Below, piece by piece: positions 18,002 to 26,630 of a stretch of DNA of 47,448 nucleotides. Source of the DNA: Bacteroidota bacterium (GTDB taxonomy: Bacteria; Bacteroidota; Ignavibacteria; UBA10030); the NCBI GenBank assembly GCA_015661185.1, contig JACVXU010000001.1, forward strand, positions 1 through 47,448. The letters are read 5' to 3'. The notes beneath the pieces were generated by a model. It did not search any database and was not told the DNA's origin. It saw only the letters and a list, made by a program, of their open reading frames with translations. How positions within the stretch are numbered: position 1 is the first letter of the stretch; each line of letters begins with the position of its first letter. Position numbers and translations under genes: made by a program.

Positions 18002-20911
18002 GTGCTATCATACCGCGTTCGAACGAACGTTTGCCGGATGCTGTTGACGGGGATATTGCCCCTTATTCTAACTGCTTCACTTGCAAGCGCTCGCGGCGCT
18101 CAGCAACTTCCCGCCAAGTCACTCCAGGCCACCACACCGGCGGCAAGCACAGGCGACGATTGGGTCGAATCGACTCTCAAGCGCCTCACGCTGGAAGAGA
18201 AAGTAGCACAACTCGTTTTCCCGTCGACTCAAGGCTCTTACCATGCAGAGGATTCAGAGACCTGGCGGGAACTCGAACGCTTGATTGTCAATCGCAAGGT
18301 CGGCGGGCTCGTTCTTTCAATTGGTGATGTGTACGAGTATGCTGTCCAGTTGAACAAGATCCAGAAACTGGCGGATGTCCCTCTGCTTGTTGCCGGAGAC
18401 TTCGAGTATGGAGTAGCGATGCGTGTGCCGCGCGCAACTGCGTTCCCGCGGGCAATGGCCATCGGAGCCACGAGAAATGCCCGCTACGCGTACCAGGTCG
18501 GGCGTGTGACGGCAAATGAAGGCCGGGCACTTGGCGTCCATCAGAACTACGCCCCGACGATCGATGTCAACAACAACCCACGCAATCCCGTGATCAACAC
18601 CCGCTCCTTTGGTGATGACGTGAGTCTCGTGAGTGATATGGGAGCGGCGTACGTCAAGGGGACGCAAGATGGTGGAATGATATCGACCGTTAAGCACTTT
18701 CCCGGACACGGAGACACGGACGTCGATACGCATCTTGGTCTGGTGACGCTCAATTTCGACAAGAAGCACTTTGATCAAGTCGAATTGCCTCCGTTCAAGG
18801 CTGCCATCAAGAGTGGGGCCATGTCGGTGATGGTCGGACACATCGCTGTCCCGGCATTCGACACCGCCGCTGGGATCCCCGCAACCGTCTCCCTAAAGAT
18901 CACGACGGAACTGCTGCGCAACGAACTCAAGTTCGACGGTCTCATTGTGACCGACGCCATGAGAATGCGCGGTGTCTCTGCAAAATATGCTGCGGGAGAA
19001 GCTTCCGTCCTGGCCTTCAAGGCCGGTTCCGACATCGTGCTGATGCCGACGGATATCGATGTGGCAATCGACGCGATCATCGCTTCTGTGAAGCGAGGAG
19101 AGATTCCTGAGGAGCGAATCGATGCGTCGTTGCGCAAACTCCTGAAGGCGAAACAATGGGCGGGACTTGACAAGAATCGATCCGTGGATGTCGACAAGAT
19201 CGCCGGCGTTGTCGGCTCACGTGAGCACGAGCTGCTCGCGAGGAAAGTCGCGCGTAACGCCGTCACCGTGCTCGGCAACAAGAAAGAGGTTCTTCCCCTC
19301 TCTCCGACCGATACGAGGAAGATCCTTGACCTGGTGATTGCCGATACCGAAGATCCCAGAGAGGGGCGACGTTTCCACTCGCTTCTGAGGGAACGTCGCA
19401 ATAACGTGGATTTCGCCAAGGTCGATCCCCGGAGCAATGAACTCGAATACGATTCAATCACCGAGAGTGCGAAGAGTGCCGATATCATCCTCTGCCAGCT
19501 GCAACTGACCACGCGCTCGGGCGAAATGACGGGCTTCATCAGCGCCAGGCAAAAGAGTTTTCTGTCCCGACTCGCTTCGCTCGGCAAGCCAATCGTAGCC
19601 ATCGCTTTCGGTAATCCTTATGTTGTGATGGATCTCCCGAAGGTGGAATCATACGTCTGCGCTTATTCGAGCACAGATGTTATGCAGGAAGCCGTTGCCG
19701 AAGTGTTGTTCGCTGAAGAACCTGCTGTGGGGAAACTCCCGATTACGATCCCGGGTATCTACAACTTTGGCGATGGCGTCGAGTATCCGAAGATGAGGTT
19801 TCGGAGAGGTCTGCCGGAAGAGGTGGGATTCACGAGCGGAGGGCTCGCCAACGTCGATGCAGTCATTGAACAGGCAATCCGCGACTCATCCTTCCCGGGA
19901 GCCGTGCTGCTGATTGCGAAGGACGGAATCATCGTTCACGAAAAGGCATATGGATCATACGACTACGAGCCGTACTCAAGGCGCACCGATGTCAATAGCA
20001 TGTTCGACCTCGCTTCGGTCACGAAGGTGATCTCGACAACGAGTGCCATGATGCGCCTTGTCGGTGAAGGAAAGGTGAAACTTGAAGACCCCGTGGTCAA
20101 ATACATCCCGAAGTTCGGGCAGAACGGAAAGGAACACATCACGCTCTACAACCTGTTGGTGCACAACTCAGGACTCGTTGGCTGGCGAAAGTTTTACGAA
20201 CTCGGCAAGAACCCTCAGGAATTGCTTGATACGATTTTCGCGGCACGCCTGATGTATAGAACAGGGGATTCGACCATCTACAGCGATCTCGGATTGATCA
20301 CGACCGGCAAGATCATCGAGAAAGTCACAGGGACGTCGCTCGACAGGTTTGTGGATTCGGTGTTCTTCAAACCGCTTGGGATGTTGAGTACGATGTTCAA
20401 TCCGCCTGAGAGGTTGTGGAACCGTGTCATGCCGACGGAGGTTGATACGTACTGGCGCAAGACGGGAACCGCTGTGCGCGGAACTGTGCACGATGAGAAC
20501 GCATGGGCTCTCGGCGGTGTCGCGGGCCACGCCGGCCTGTTTTCGACGGCGCCCAACCTGGCCATCCTCCTCCAGATGGAACTCAACGGTGGGACGTATG
20601 GTGGAAAGAGATATCTAAGCGAGGATGTCATCCGTCAGTTTACGACGCGGCAATCGGAGAAAAGCACACGCGGCATCGGTTGGGACATGAAGCCGCCGTC
20701 ACGCTCATGGGCGGGCACGTTGTTGTCCACCAGGACATTCCTTCATACGGGGTTCACCGGGACGTCCGTAGCCGCAGATCCGACGCGAAACCTGATCATT
20801 GTTTTCCTGACCAATCGGGTCTATCCCACGAGGGCAAGTCAGAAGATTAATGCAGTCCGGCCTCAAGTGCACGATGCTGTGGTTAGTGCACTGAACCAGG
20901 AACAGAAGTAA
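18002..20911 (+). CDS. Exported GH3 beta-N-acetylglucosaminidase (NagZ-like) fused to a beta-lactamase-fold serine hydrolase (AmiE-like)
   Basis: 'KHFPGHGDTDVDTH' and 'IVTDAM'. The C-terminal domain has SxxK 'FDLASVTK', 'YSDLG' and 'HTGFTGT'. Signal peptide present; start is GTG 18002 (SD GGGAG) or ATG 18038. Confidence 0.9.
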   Translation: MLSYRVRTNVCRMLLTGILPLILTASLASARGAQQLPAKSLQATTPAASTGDDWVESTLKRLTLEEKVAQLVFPSTQGSYHAEDSETWRELERLIVNRKVGGLVLSIGDVYEYAVQLNKIQKLADVPLLVAGDFEYGVAMRVPRATAFPRAMAIGATRNARYAYQVGRVTANEGRALGVHQNYAPTIDVNNNPRNPVINTRSFGDDVSLVSDMGAAYVKGTQDGGMISTVKHFPGHGDTDVDTHLGLVTLNFDKKHFDQVELPPFKAAIKSGAMSVMVGHIAVPAFDTAAGIPATVSLKITTELLRNELKFDGLIVTDAMRMRGVSAKYAAGEASVLAFKAGSDIVLMPTDIDVAIDAIIASVKRGEIPEERIDASLRKLLKAKQWAGLDKNRSVDVDKIAGVVGSREHELLARKVARNAVTVLGNKKEVLPLSPTDTRKILDLVIADTEDPREGRRFHSLLRERRNNVDFAKVDPRSNELEYDSITESAKSADIILCQLQLTTRSGEMTGFISARQKSFLSRLASLGKPIVAIAFGNPYVVMDLPKVESYVCAYSSTDVMQEAVAEVLFAEEPAVGKLPITIPGIYNFGDGVEYPKMRFRRGLPEEVGFTSGGLANVDAVIEQAIRDSSFPGAVLLIAKDGIIVHEKAYGSYDYEPYSRRTDVNSMFDLASVTKVISTTSAMMRLVGEGKVKLEDPVVKYIPKFGQNGKEHITLYNLLVHNSGLVGWRKFYELGKNPQELLDTIFAARLMYRTGDSTIYSDLGLITTGKIIEKVTGTSLDRFVDSVFFKPLGMLSTMFNPPERLWNRVMPTEVDTYWRKTGTAVRGTVHDENAWALGGVAGHAGLFSTAPNLAILLQMELNGGTYGGKRYLSEDVIRQFTTRQSEKSTRGIGWDMKPPSRSWAGTLLSTRTFLHTGFTGTSVAADPTRNLIIVFLTNRVYPTRASQKINAVRPQVHDAVVSALNQEQK

Positions 20912-20938
20912 TATTCTTCAATAAAAAGGAACAAGTGC

Positions 20939-22495
20939 ATGGCAATCCCGACATTCAAGAATGAACCCTTAACCGATTTCACGAAACCGGCGAACCGCAG
21001 AGCGATGGAGAAAGCTCTCGCCAAAGTGAAGTCGATGCTTGGAAGAGAATATCCGATCGTTATGGGTGAGGAAGAGATCCTTACCCAGGACAAGTTCAAC
21101 TCCTACAACCCATCCAGCCCGGCTGAGATCATCGGTGTCTTCCAGAAGGCGGATGCAGCGTTGGCGGACAAAGCAGTGGAGACGGCTGCGGCGAAGTTTG
21201 AAGAATGGAAATGGGTTGAGCCTAAGAAGCGGGCGGAGTACCTCTTCAAGGCAGCGAAGATCATGCGGAAACGCAAGCATGAATTCAGCGCCGTGATGGT
21301 CTACGAAGTTGGAAAGACGTGGCCCGAAGCCGACGCCGATACCGCTGAAGCGATCGACTTTCTGGAGTTCTATGCCCGCGAGATGCTGCGCTATGCGTCG
21401 AAACAGCCTGTCACAAAAATCCCGAAGGAAAAGAACGAGCTTGTGTATATCCCGCTCGGAGTCGGCGTCGTCGTTCCGCCGTGGAATTTTGCGCTCGCCA
21501 TCCTCGCCGGCATGTCTTCTGCGGCAATTGTCTGCGGCAATACCATCGTTCTCAAGCCCTCGAGCGACTCTCCGTTGACCGGTTGGATGTACTTCGAGCT
21601 GATGCGCGAAGTTGGGATCCCCGCCGGAGTGATTAACTTCGTCTCCGGACCTGGCGGCTCCTTTGGCAACGCGATCGTCGCTCATCCGAAGACCCGGTTC
21701 ATCTCCTTCACAGGATCGAAGGAGGTCGGGATCCATGTCAATGAACTTGCAGCGAAGGTCCAGCCGGGCCAGAAGTGGCTGAAGCGCGTGATCGCGGAAA
21801 TGGGCGGCAAAGATTCCATTGTGATCGACGAGCAGACAAACCTTGAAGCAGCGGCGCAGGCCACGATTGCGTCGGCGTTCGGCTTCCAGGGACAGAAATG
21901 CTCGGCCGCGTCCCGGGCAATCGTCGTCGAGAAAGTGTACGACAAATTTGTGGATTTGATCAAAGAGAAGGCCTCGAAAATCAAAGTCGGACAATCCGAT
22001 GACCCTGCGAATTATATGGGCCCTGTGATCAACGAAAGTTCGCATCGGAAAATACTCGCGTACATCGAGAAAGGGATTCAAGAGGGGGGGCGATTGATCG
22101 CCGGCGGCTCCAAAGCCCCAGGTGACGGATATTTCATTCAGGCGACCGTTATCGCTGACGTTCACCCAAAGTCGACCATCTCCCAGGAGGAGATTTTTGG
22201 TCCCGTGCTCGCGATCATCAAGGCAAAGGATTTCAGCAACGCGCTGGAAATCGCGAACGATACGGAGTTTGGTTTGACCGGTGGCGTGTGGACGAACAAT
22301 CGAAAGAAGATTGAGAAAGCGAAGAAGGAATTCCACGTGGGCAACTTCTACATAAATCGAAAAATCACCGGTGCGATGGTGGGAGTTCACCCGTTCGGCG
22401 GTTTCAATATGTCGGGTACCGACTCGAAAGCCGGCGGAAGAGACTACCTGCTCCTGATGATGCAGGCAAAGTCGATTTCAGAAAAAGTGAAGTGA
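20939..22495 (+). CDS. pruA: L-glutamate gamma-semialdehyde (1-pyrroline-5-carboxylate) dehydrogenase
   Basis: 'FKNEPLTDF', 'EADADTAEAIDFLEFYAR', 'PPWNF', 'FTGSKEVG', 'AEMGGKD', 'GQKCSAASR', 'EEIFGPV', 'SGTDSKAGG.DYL'. Confidence 0.95.
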   Translation: MAIPTFKNEPLTDFTKPANRRAMEKALAKVKSMLGREYPIVMGEEEILTQDKFNSYNPSSPAEIIGVFQKADAALADKAVETAAAKFEEWKWVEPKKRAEYLFKAAKIMRKRKHEFSAVMVYEVGKTWPEADADTAEAIDFLEFYAREMLRYASKQPVTKIPKEKNELVYIPLGVGVVVPPWNFALAILAGMSSAAIVCGNTIVLKPSSDSPLTGWMYFELMREVGIPAGVINFVSGPGGSFGNAIVAHPKTRFISFTGSKEVGIHVNELAAKVQPGQKWLKRVIAEMGGKDSIVIDEQTNLEAAAQATIASAFGFQGQKCSAASRAIVVEKVYDKFVDLIKEKASKIKVGQSDDPANYMGPVINESSHRKILAYIEKGIQEGGRLIAGGSKAPGDGYFIQATVIADVHPKSTISQEEIFGPVLAIIKAKDFSNALEIANDTEFGLTGGVWTNNRKKIEKAKKEFHVGNFYINRKITGAMVGVHPFGGFNMSGTDSKAGGRDYLLLMMQAKSISEKVK

Positions 22496-22536
22496 GCAAC
22501 TCAATGCCTGTCAAAGAAGGGGGTTTTCTGTTTCTT

Positions 22537-22619
22537 AACGCAGAGTCGCTGAGATCGCGGAGAATCGCAGAGACTTAAGCCCCCTCTGCGGTGCTCTGCG
22601 GACTCTGCGCCTCCGCGTT
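22537..22619. repeat. Inverted array of CGCAGAG/CTCTGCG cores with mirrored spacing
   Basis: Left cores start at 22539, 22547, 22556, 22566 (spacing 8, 9, 10). Right cores start at 22584, 22594, 22603, 22611 (spacing 10, 9, 8). Confidence 0.88.
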
Positions 22620-22718
22620 GAAAGACCTCGATGGCTTGCTTTCGCACCAAGGAATGAGTGAAACCGCCTCACGAAGATTTCTGGTCAATTGAGCGTCTCA
22701 ATCTGAGTTGAGGGGACA

Positions 22719-23240
22719 ATGGACTCTCCTGAATATATCAGCTGCACCTCGTGCAGTGAGGAAATCACGCCCGACAGCGAGTTCTGCCCGCACTGCGGAG
22801 TTCTCTTCTCCGAGGCTGCGAAGGAGAAGTGCGACACCCATCCGGCGAATCTTGCGCAGGGTATCTGCGTTATCTGTCGCAAGCTCGTCTGCGAGGTGTG
22901 CGGAAAGATAGTCCACGGGCGCAATTTCTGTCTCGGGCATCAGACCGTCGAGGTCCGGCAGGATTGGGCGCGGGCGTTCCAGTCGACAGATATCAACGAT
23001 AGTGAGCTTGTCAAGTCGCTTCTTGAGTCGAACGGGTTCAAGGTGTTGGTCCAGAATTTCACGCCGATGGGATATGCATGGGATGGCGGCGGTGATTCCT
23101 CAATCTCGAGAAGCACACTGAACAAGCCGGCGAAAGTGTTTGTCCCGATCCCCGAATACATCCGTGCAGAGGAAGCTCTCAAAGAATGGAAGTCGGGCGA
23201 GGCAGATGCCGGGGAACAAGAGTCGGATACCAGTCAATAG
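22719..23240 (+). CDS. Hypothetical protein: zinc ribbon, B-box-like Cys/His cluster and DUF2007-like domain
   Basis: 'CTSC...CPHCG', 'CDTHP..AQGICVICRKLVCEVC...FCLGH', 'SELVKSLLESNGFKV...KVFVP..EY.RA'; SD GAGGGG. Confidence 0.78.
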   Translation: MDSPEYISCTSCSEEITPDSEFCPHCGVLFSEAAKEKCDTHPANLAQGICVICRKLVCEVCGKIVHGRNFCLGHQTVEVRQDWARAFQSTDINDSELVKSLLESNGFKVLVQNFTPMGYAWDGGGDSSISRSTLNKPAKVFVPIPEYIRAEEALKEWKSGEADAGEQESDTSQ

Positions 23241-23255
23241 ACAGCAGGAGAGAAC

Positions 23256-24419
23256 ATGAAAATTCATGAATACCAGGGAAAAGAAATCCTGAAGAAATTT
23301 GGTGTCCCGGTTCCAATTGGGAAGGTGGCGTTCAGCGTCGATGAAGCAGGACGAGCCGCAGAAACGGTTGGTGGTTCCGTCTGGGTCGTGAAGGCGCAGA
23401 TCCACGCTGGCGGCCGAGGTAAAGGCGGCGGTGTGAAGCTGGCGAGGAGTATTGATGAAGTGAAGGATCGGGCCTCTGATATCCTCGGTATGCGCCTCGT
23501 AACGCATCAAACGGGTCCAGAGGGGCGAATCGTCAAGCGGCTGCTCATTGAACAGGGAATGAGCATAGCGAAGGAGATGTATGTCGGCATCACACTGGAT
23601 CGTGGACGCTCACAGACCGTGGTGATGGTATCGACAGAAGGAGGTGTTGAAATCGAGAAGGTGGCCGCTGAAACGCCGGACAAGATTCTGAAGGAGTACG
23701 TCTATCCTTCGCTCGGTTTGCAGCAGTACCAGGCGCGGAGATTGTGCTTCGGGTTGAATTTGAGCGGCGACGCGTTCAAGAACGGCGTGAAATTCCTCCT
23801 TGCACTGTACAGGGCCTACGATGCTTCGGATGCTTCCCTTGCGGAAATCAATCCTCTCGTTATCACGGCAGAGGGGGGTGTGATCGCACTCGATGCAAAG
23901 ATGACGTTCGACGACAACGCGCTCTATCGCCATCCTGAAATCGTGGCGATGCGCGATCTCGACGAGGAAGATCCCCTGGAGATCGCAGCGTCGAAGTCGA
24001 ATCTCAATTACATCAAGCTCGACGGCAACGTGGGATGCATGGTCAATGGCGCCGGGTTGGCGATGGGGACAATGGACATCATCAAGCTTGCCGGCGGTAT
24101 GCCCGCAAACTTCCTCGATGTCGGCGGCGGGGCAAGTGCAGAAACCGTTGAAGCAGGCTTCCGCATCATCCTCAAAGATCCAAATGTGAAAGCCGTTCTG
24201 ATTAACATCTTTGGCGGCATTGTCCGCTGTGACCGGGTTGCAACCGGCGTGGTGCAGGCAGCGAAGAACGTGCAGGTGTCCATTCCGATCGTGATCCGTC
24301 TGGCGGGCACGAACGCTGAACTGGCAGCAGACATCTTGAAAACATCGGGCCTGAGCTTTGTTGTTGCCGACAGTCTGAAGGATGCCGCTGAGAAGGTGAC
24401 GAAGGCCATCGCGGCGTGA
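23256..24419 (+). CDS. sucC: Succinyl-CoA ligase (ADP-forming) beta subunit
   Basis: '[12 protein letters not shown]', '[16 protein letters not shown]', 'EINPL', '[15 protein letters not shown]', 'NFLDVGGGA', '[10 protein letters not shown]'. Confidence 0.97.
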   Translation: MKIHEYQGKEILKKFGVPVPIGKVAFSVDEAGRAAETVGGSVWVVKAQIHAGGRGKGGGVKLARSIDEVKDRASDILGMRLVTHQTGPEGRIVKRLLIEQGMSIAKEMYVGITLDRGRSQTVVMVSTEGGVEIEKVAAETPDKILKEYVYPSLGLQQYQARRLCFGLNLSGDAFKNGVKFLLALYRAYDASDASLAEINPLVITAEGGVIALDAKMTFDDNALYRHPEIVAMRDLDEEDPLEIAASKSNLNYIKLDGNVGCMVNGAGLAMGTMDIIKLAGGMPANFLDVGGGASAETVEAGFRIILKDPNVKAVLINIFGGIVRCDRVATGVVQAAKNVQVSIPIVIRLAGTNAELAADILKTSGLSFVVADSLKDAAEKVTKAIAA

Positions 24420-24628
24420 GTAGAGAGGTAAGACGGTAGACGGTAGACGTAAGAGGTAAGCAGCTACTAGCCAATAGCAGATAGGCAACAGCCGAAAGCT
24501 GACCGCTGATTGCTGGATGCATCGCGGGTTGGCTTTCTGCCTACTTCTTACTCCCTACTGCTTACTGCCTTCTGTCTTCCGAATTCTGTCTCCTGACTTC
24601 TGGATGCTGACTCCTGAATTCCTGACTT
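24420..24628. repeat. Mosaic of degenerate 7-nt tandem arrays, purine-rich on the left and pyrimidine-rich on the right
   Basis: About 14 in-phase heptamers at 24420-24520 (GGTAAGA/CGGTAGA..., then AGCnnAn). About 13 more at 24534-24625 (CTACTGC/TTACTGC..., then CTCCTGA). Confidence 0.88.
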
Positions 24629-26098
24629 ATGGCCTCCTGGGACCCTAAATACGAGCCGGTCATCGGCCTCGAAGTACACGCGCAGCTCCTGACCCGATCG
24701 AAGGCGTTCTGCGGCTGCTCGACGAGTTTCGGCGCCGAGCCGAATTCGAACGTCTGCCCGGTCTGTCTTGGATTGCCGGGCGTTCTCCCCGTCCTGAACC
24801 TGAGTCTGGTCGATTATGTCATACGGATGGGGCTTGCGACCCATTGCTCGATCGCCCCGCGTTCCATCTTCGCCCGCAAGAACTACTTCTATCCTGATCT
24901 CCCCAAAGGGTACCAAATCTCCCAATATGAAGAGCCGATCTGCTCGGGTGGATTTGTGGAGATCGAGCTTGAAGACGGATTGCGCAAGCGAATCGGATTG
25001 ACGCGCATCCATATGGAAGAAGACGCGGGAAAGTTGATTCACGATATCGATGTCGATACACTCGTCGATGTCAACCGGTGCGGGACTCCGCTGATCGAGA
25101 TAGTAAGCGAGCCGGAAATCCGCTCTCCACGCGAAGCATATCTCTATCTGGCGAAGATTCGCCAGATTGTAACGTACCTGGGCATCTGTGACGGGAACAT
25201 GGAGGAAGGGAGTCTTCGGTGCGACGCGAATGTCTCGGTGCGTTTGAACGGAGAGTCGGAACTCGGCACGAAGACGGAAGTCAAGAACATGAACTCCTTC
25301 CGCTTTGTCGAGAAGGCTCTGGAATTCGAAATTGGCAGGCAGATTGGATTGATCGAAAGCGGCGAAAAAGTTGTGCAGGAAACACTTCTCTGGGATTCGG
25401 GACAGGGGATTGCGGTCCCGATGCGCTCCAAAGAGGAGGCGCATGATTACCGGTATTTTCCCGATCCGGACCTTGTCCCTGTTCTTGTCACCGAAGAGTG
25501 GATCCAGAGGGTCGCGGAAACCCTTCCAGTGGATCCAACAGTCCGACGAGATCGGTTCGTTTCGGAATACAAGATCCCAATGTACGATGCAAACCTCCTG
25601 ACGGCCGAAAAGCCGCTTGCGGATTACTTTGAAGGAGTGGTCCGGAACCTGAAAACACCGACTGAAGAGAACTACAAACTCGCGAGCAACTGGACCATGG
25701 TTGATGTGCTGCGGGTCGTGAACACGGAGAACATTGCTCTCGCGGTTTTCCCTGTCACGCCGGCTCACCTTGCTGAGATGATCAACCTTATTGCTGACGG
25801 AACGATCAGCGGCAAGATGGCAAAAGATGTGTTCGAGGAAATGCGTACAACCAAGGAGTCGCCTCAGGATATTGTCGGGAGAAAAGGTCTGGTCCAACTG
25901 AGCGACACTGATACGCTCGAAAAGATTGTTGATCAGGTGCTCGAGAAGAATGCGGGGCAGGTTGCGGAGTTTCTCGGAGGGAAGTCGCAGGTCTTTGGTT
26001 TCCTGGTCGGTGAGTCTATGAAAGCGACCAAAGGAAGAGGGAATCCGAAGATTGTGAATGAGCTCTTGCGGAAAAAGTTGGAAACAATGAAGAAATGA
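24629..26098 (+). CDS. gatB: Asp-tRNA(Asn)/Glu-tRNA(Gln) amidotransferase subunit B
   Basis: '[10 protein letters not shown]', '[12 protein letters not shown]', '[17 protein letters not shown]', '[10 protein letters not shown]', '[10 protein letters not shown]', '[10 protein letters not shown]'. Confidence 0.97.
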   Translation: MASWDPKYEPVIGLEVHAQLLTRSKAFCGCSTSFGAEPNSNVCPVCLGLPGVLPVLNLSLVDYVIRMGLATHCSIAPRSIFARKNYFYPDLPKGYQISQYEEPICSGGFVEIELEDGLRKRIGLTRIHMEEDAGKLIHDIDVDTLVDVNRCGTPLIEIVSEPEIRSPREAYLYLAKIRQIVTYLGICDGNMEEGSLRCDANVSVRLNGESELGTKTEVKNMNSFRFVEKALEFEIGRQIGLIESGEKVVQETLLWDSGQGIAVPMRSKEEAHDYRYFPDPDLVPVLVTEEWIQRVAETLPVDPTVRRDRFVSEYKIPMYDANLLTAEKPLADYFEGVVRNLKTPTEENYKLASNWTMVDVLRVVNTENIALAVFPVTPAHLAEMINLIADGTISGKMAKDVFEEMRTTKESPQDIVGRKGLVQLSDTDTLEKIVDQVLEKNAGQVAEFLGGKSQVFGFLVGESMKATKGRGNPKIVNELLRKKLETMKK

Positions 26099-26100
26099 TG

Positions 26101-26132
26101 GAGTATATGAGTATCGGAGTCTTGTAGCTCAG
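26101..26132 (+). repeat. 8-nt array, left flank of the four-helix-bundle gene
   Basis: GAGTATAT GAGTATCG GAGTCTTG TAGCTCAG, starting 2 nt after the gatB stop. Confidence 0.65.
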
Positions 26133-26162
26133 TTGGTTCGATATTCCCTGGAGGGAGATGCT

Positions 26163-26519
26163 ATGCACAAATTCAAAGAGCTGGATGTATACAAGAAGGC
26201 GCTCACTTTCACAAGGGTAGTGAGAGAAACAACGAAACGATTCCCGAAAGAAGAACTCTTTGTGTTGTCATCGCAATTTCGTCGTGCAGCTGATTCAATT
26301 GTTTTGAACATTGCGGAGGGGGCGGGGAACTCCAGCAAGAAGGAGTTTGCCCGATTCCTGGATTACTCAATACGATCAGGCTTTGAATGTCTGGGTTGCC
26401 TTGACATCTCTCTGCAAAACAAGTTCATCGAAGAATCTGCGCACTCGACACTCACTCACGATGTAAATGAGATTGTTGCAATGCTCTACGGTCTGAAGAA
26501 GTCTCTTTTTCGATCGTAG
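26163..26519 (+). CDS. Four helix bundle protein (TIGR02436 / 23S rRNA IVS-protein family, Avd-like fold)
   Basis: 'FKELDVYKKA', 'FPKEELFVLSSQFRRAADSIVLNIAEG', 'KEFARFLDYSIRSGFEC'. ATG 26163 follows SD GGAGGGAG. Confidence 0.92.
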   Translation: MHKFKELDVYKKALTFTRVVRETTKRFPKEELFVLSSQFRRAADSIVLNIAEGAGNSSKKEFARFLDYSIRSGFECLGCLDISLQNKFIEESAHSTLTHDVNEIVAMLYGLKKSLFRS

Positions 26520-26559
26520 ATTTGATGTCTTTGTCCGTTCATTGATCGCACCACTCAAC

Positions 26560-26630
26560 AAATCCCGTAATCCACAACTTGCTACTTAATTACTCCATTA
26601 CTTAACTACTTCACTACTCAACTACTTCAT
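26560..26630 (+). repeat. 8-nt array, right flank of the four-helix-bundle gene, inverted relative to the left flank
   Basis: TACTTAAT TACTCCAT TACTTAAC TACTTCAC TACTCAAC TACTTCAT at 26583-26630, abutting the tpiA ATG. Weaker units lie at 26560-26582. Confidence 0.85.

Noticed and set aside
20969-22390. 473-aa antisense ORF, and similar long shadows such as 24548-25897, 31461-32579 and 6591-7496
   Set aside because: They lie opposite well-supported genes and have no recognisable motifs, as expected from codon bias.
24420-24628. CRISPR array interpretation of the repeats
   Set aside because: The units are 7 nt with no repeat-spacer structure, and there are no cas genes in the window.
23256-26098. 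sucC without sucD, and gatB without gatA/gatC
   Set aside because: Split arrangements of these subunits are common, and the partners may lie elsewhere in the genome.
26163-26519. Diversity-generating retroelement or rRNA IVS
   Set aside because: No reverse transcriptase, TR/VR pair or rRNA sequence was seen in the window.
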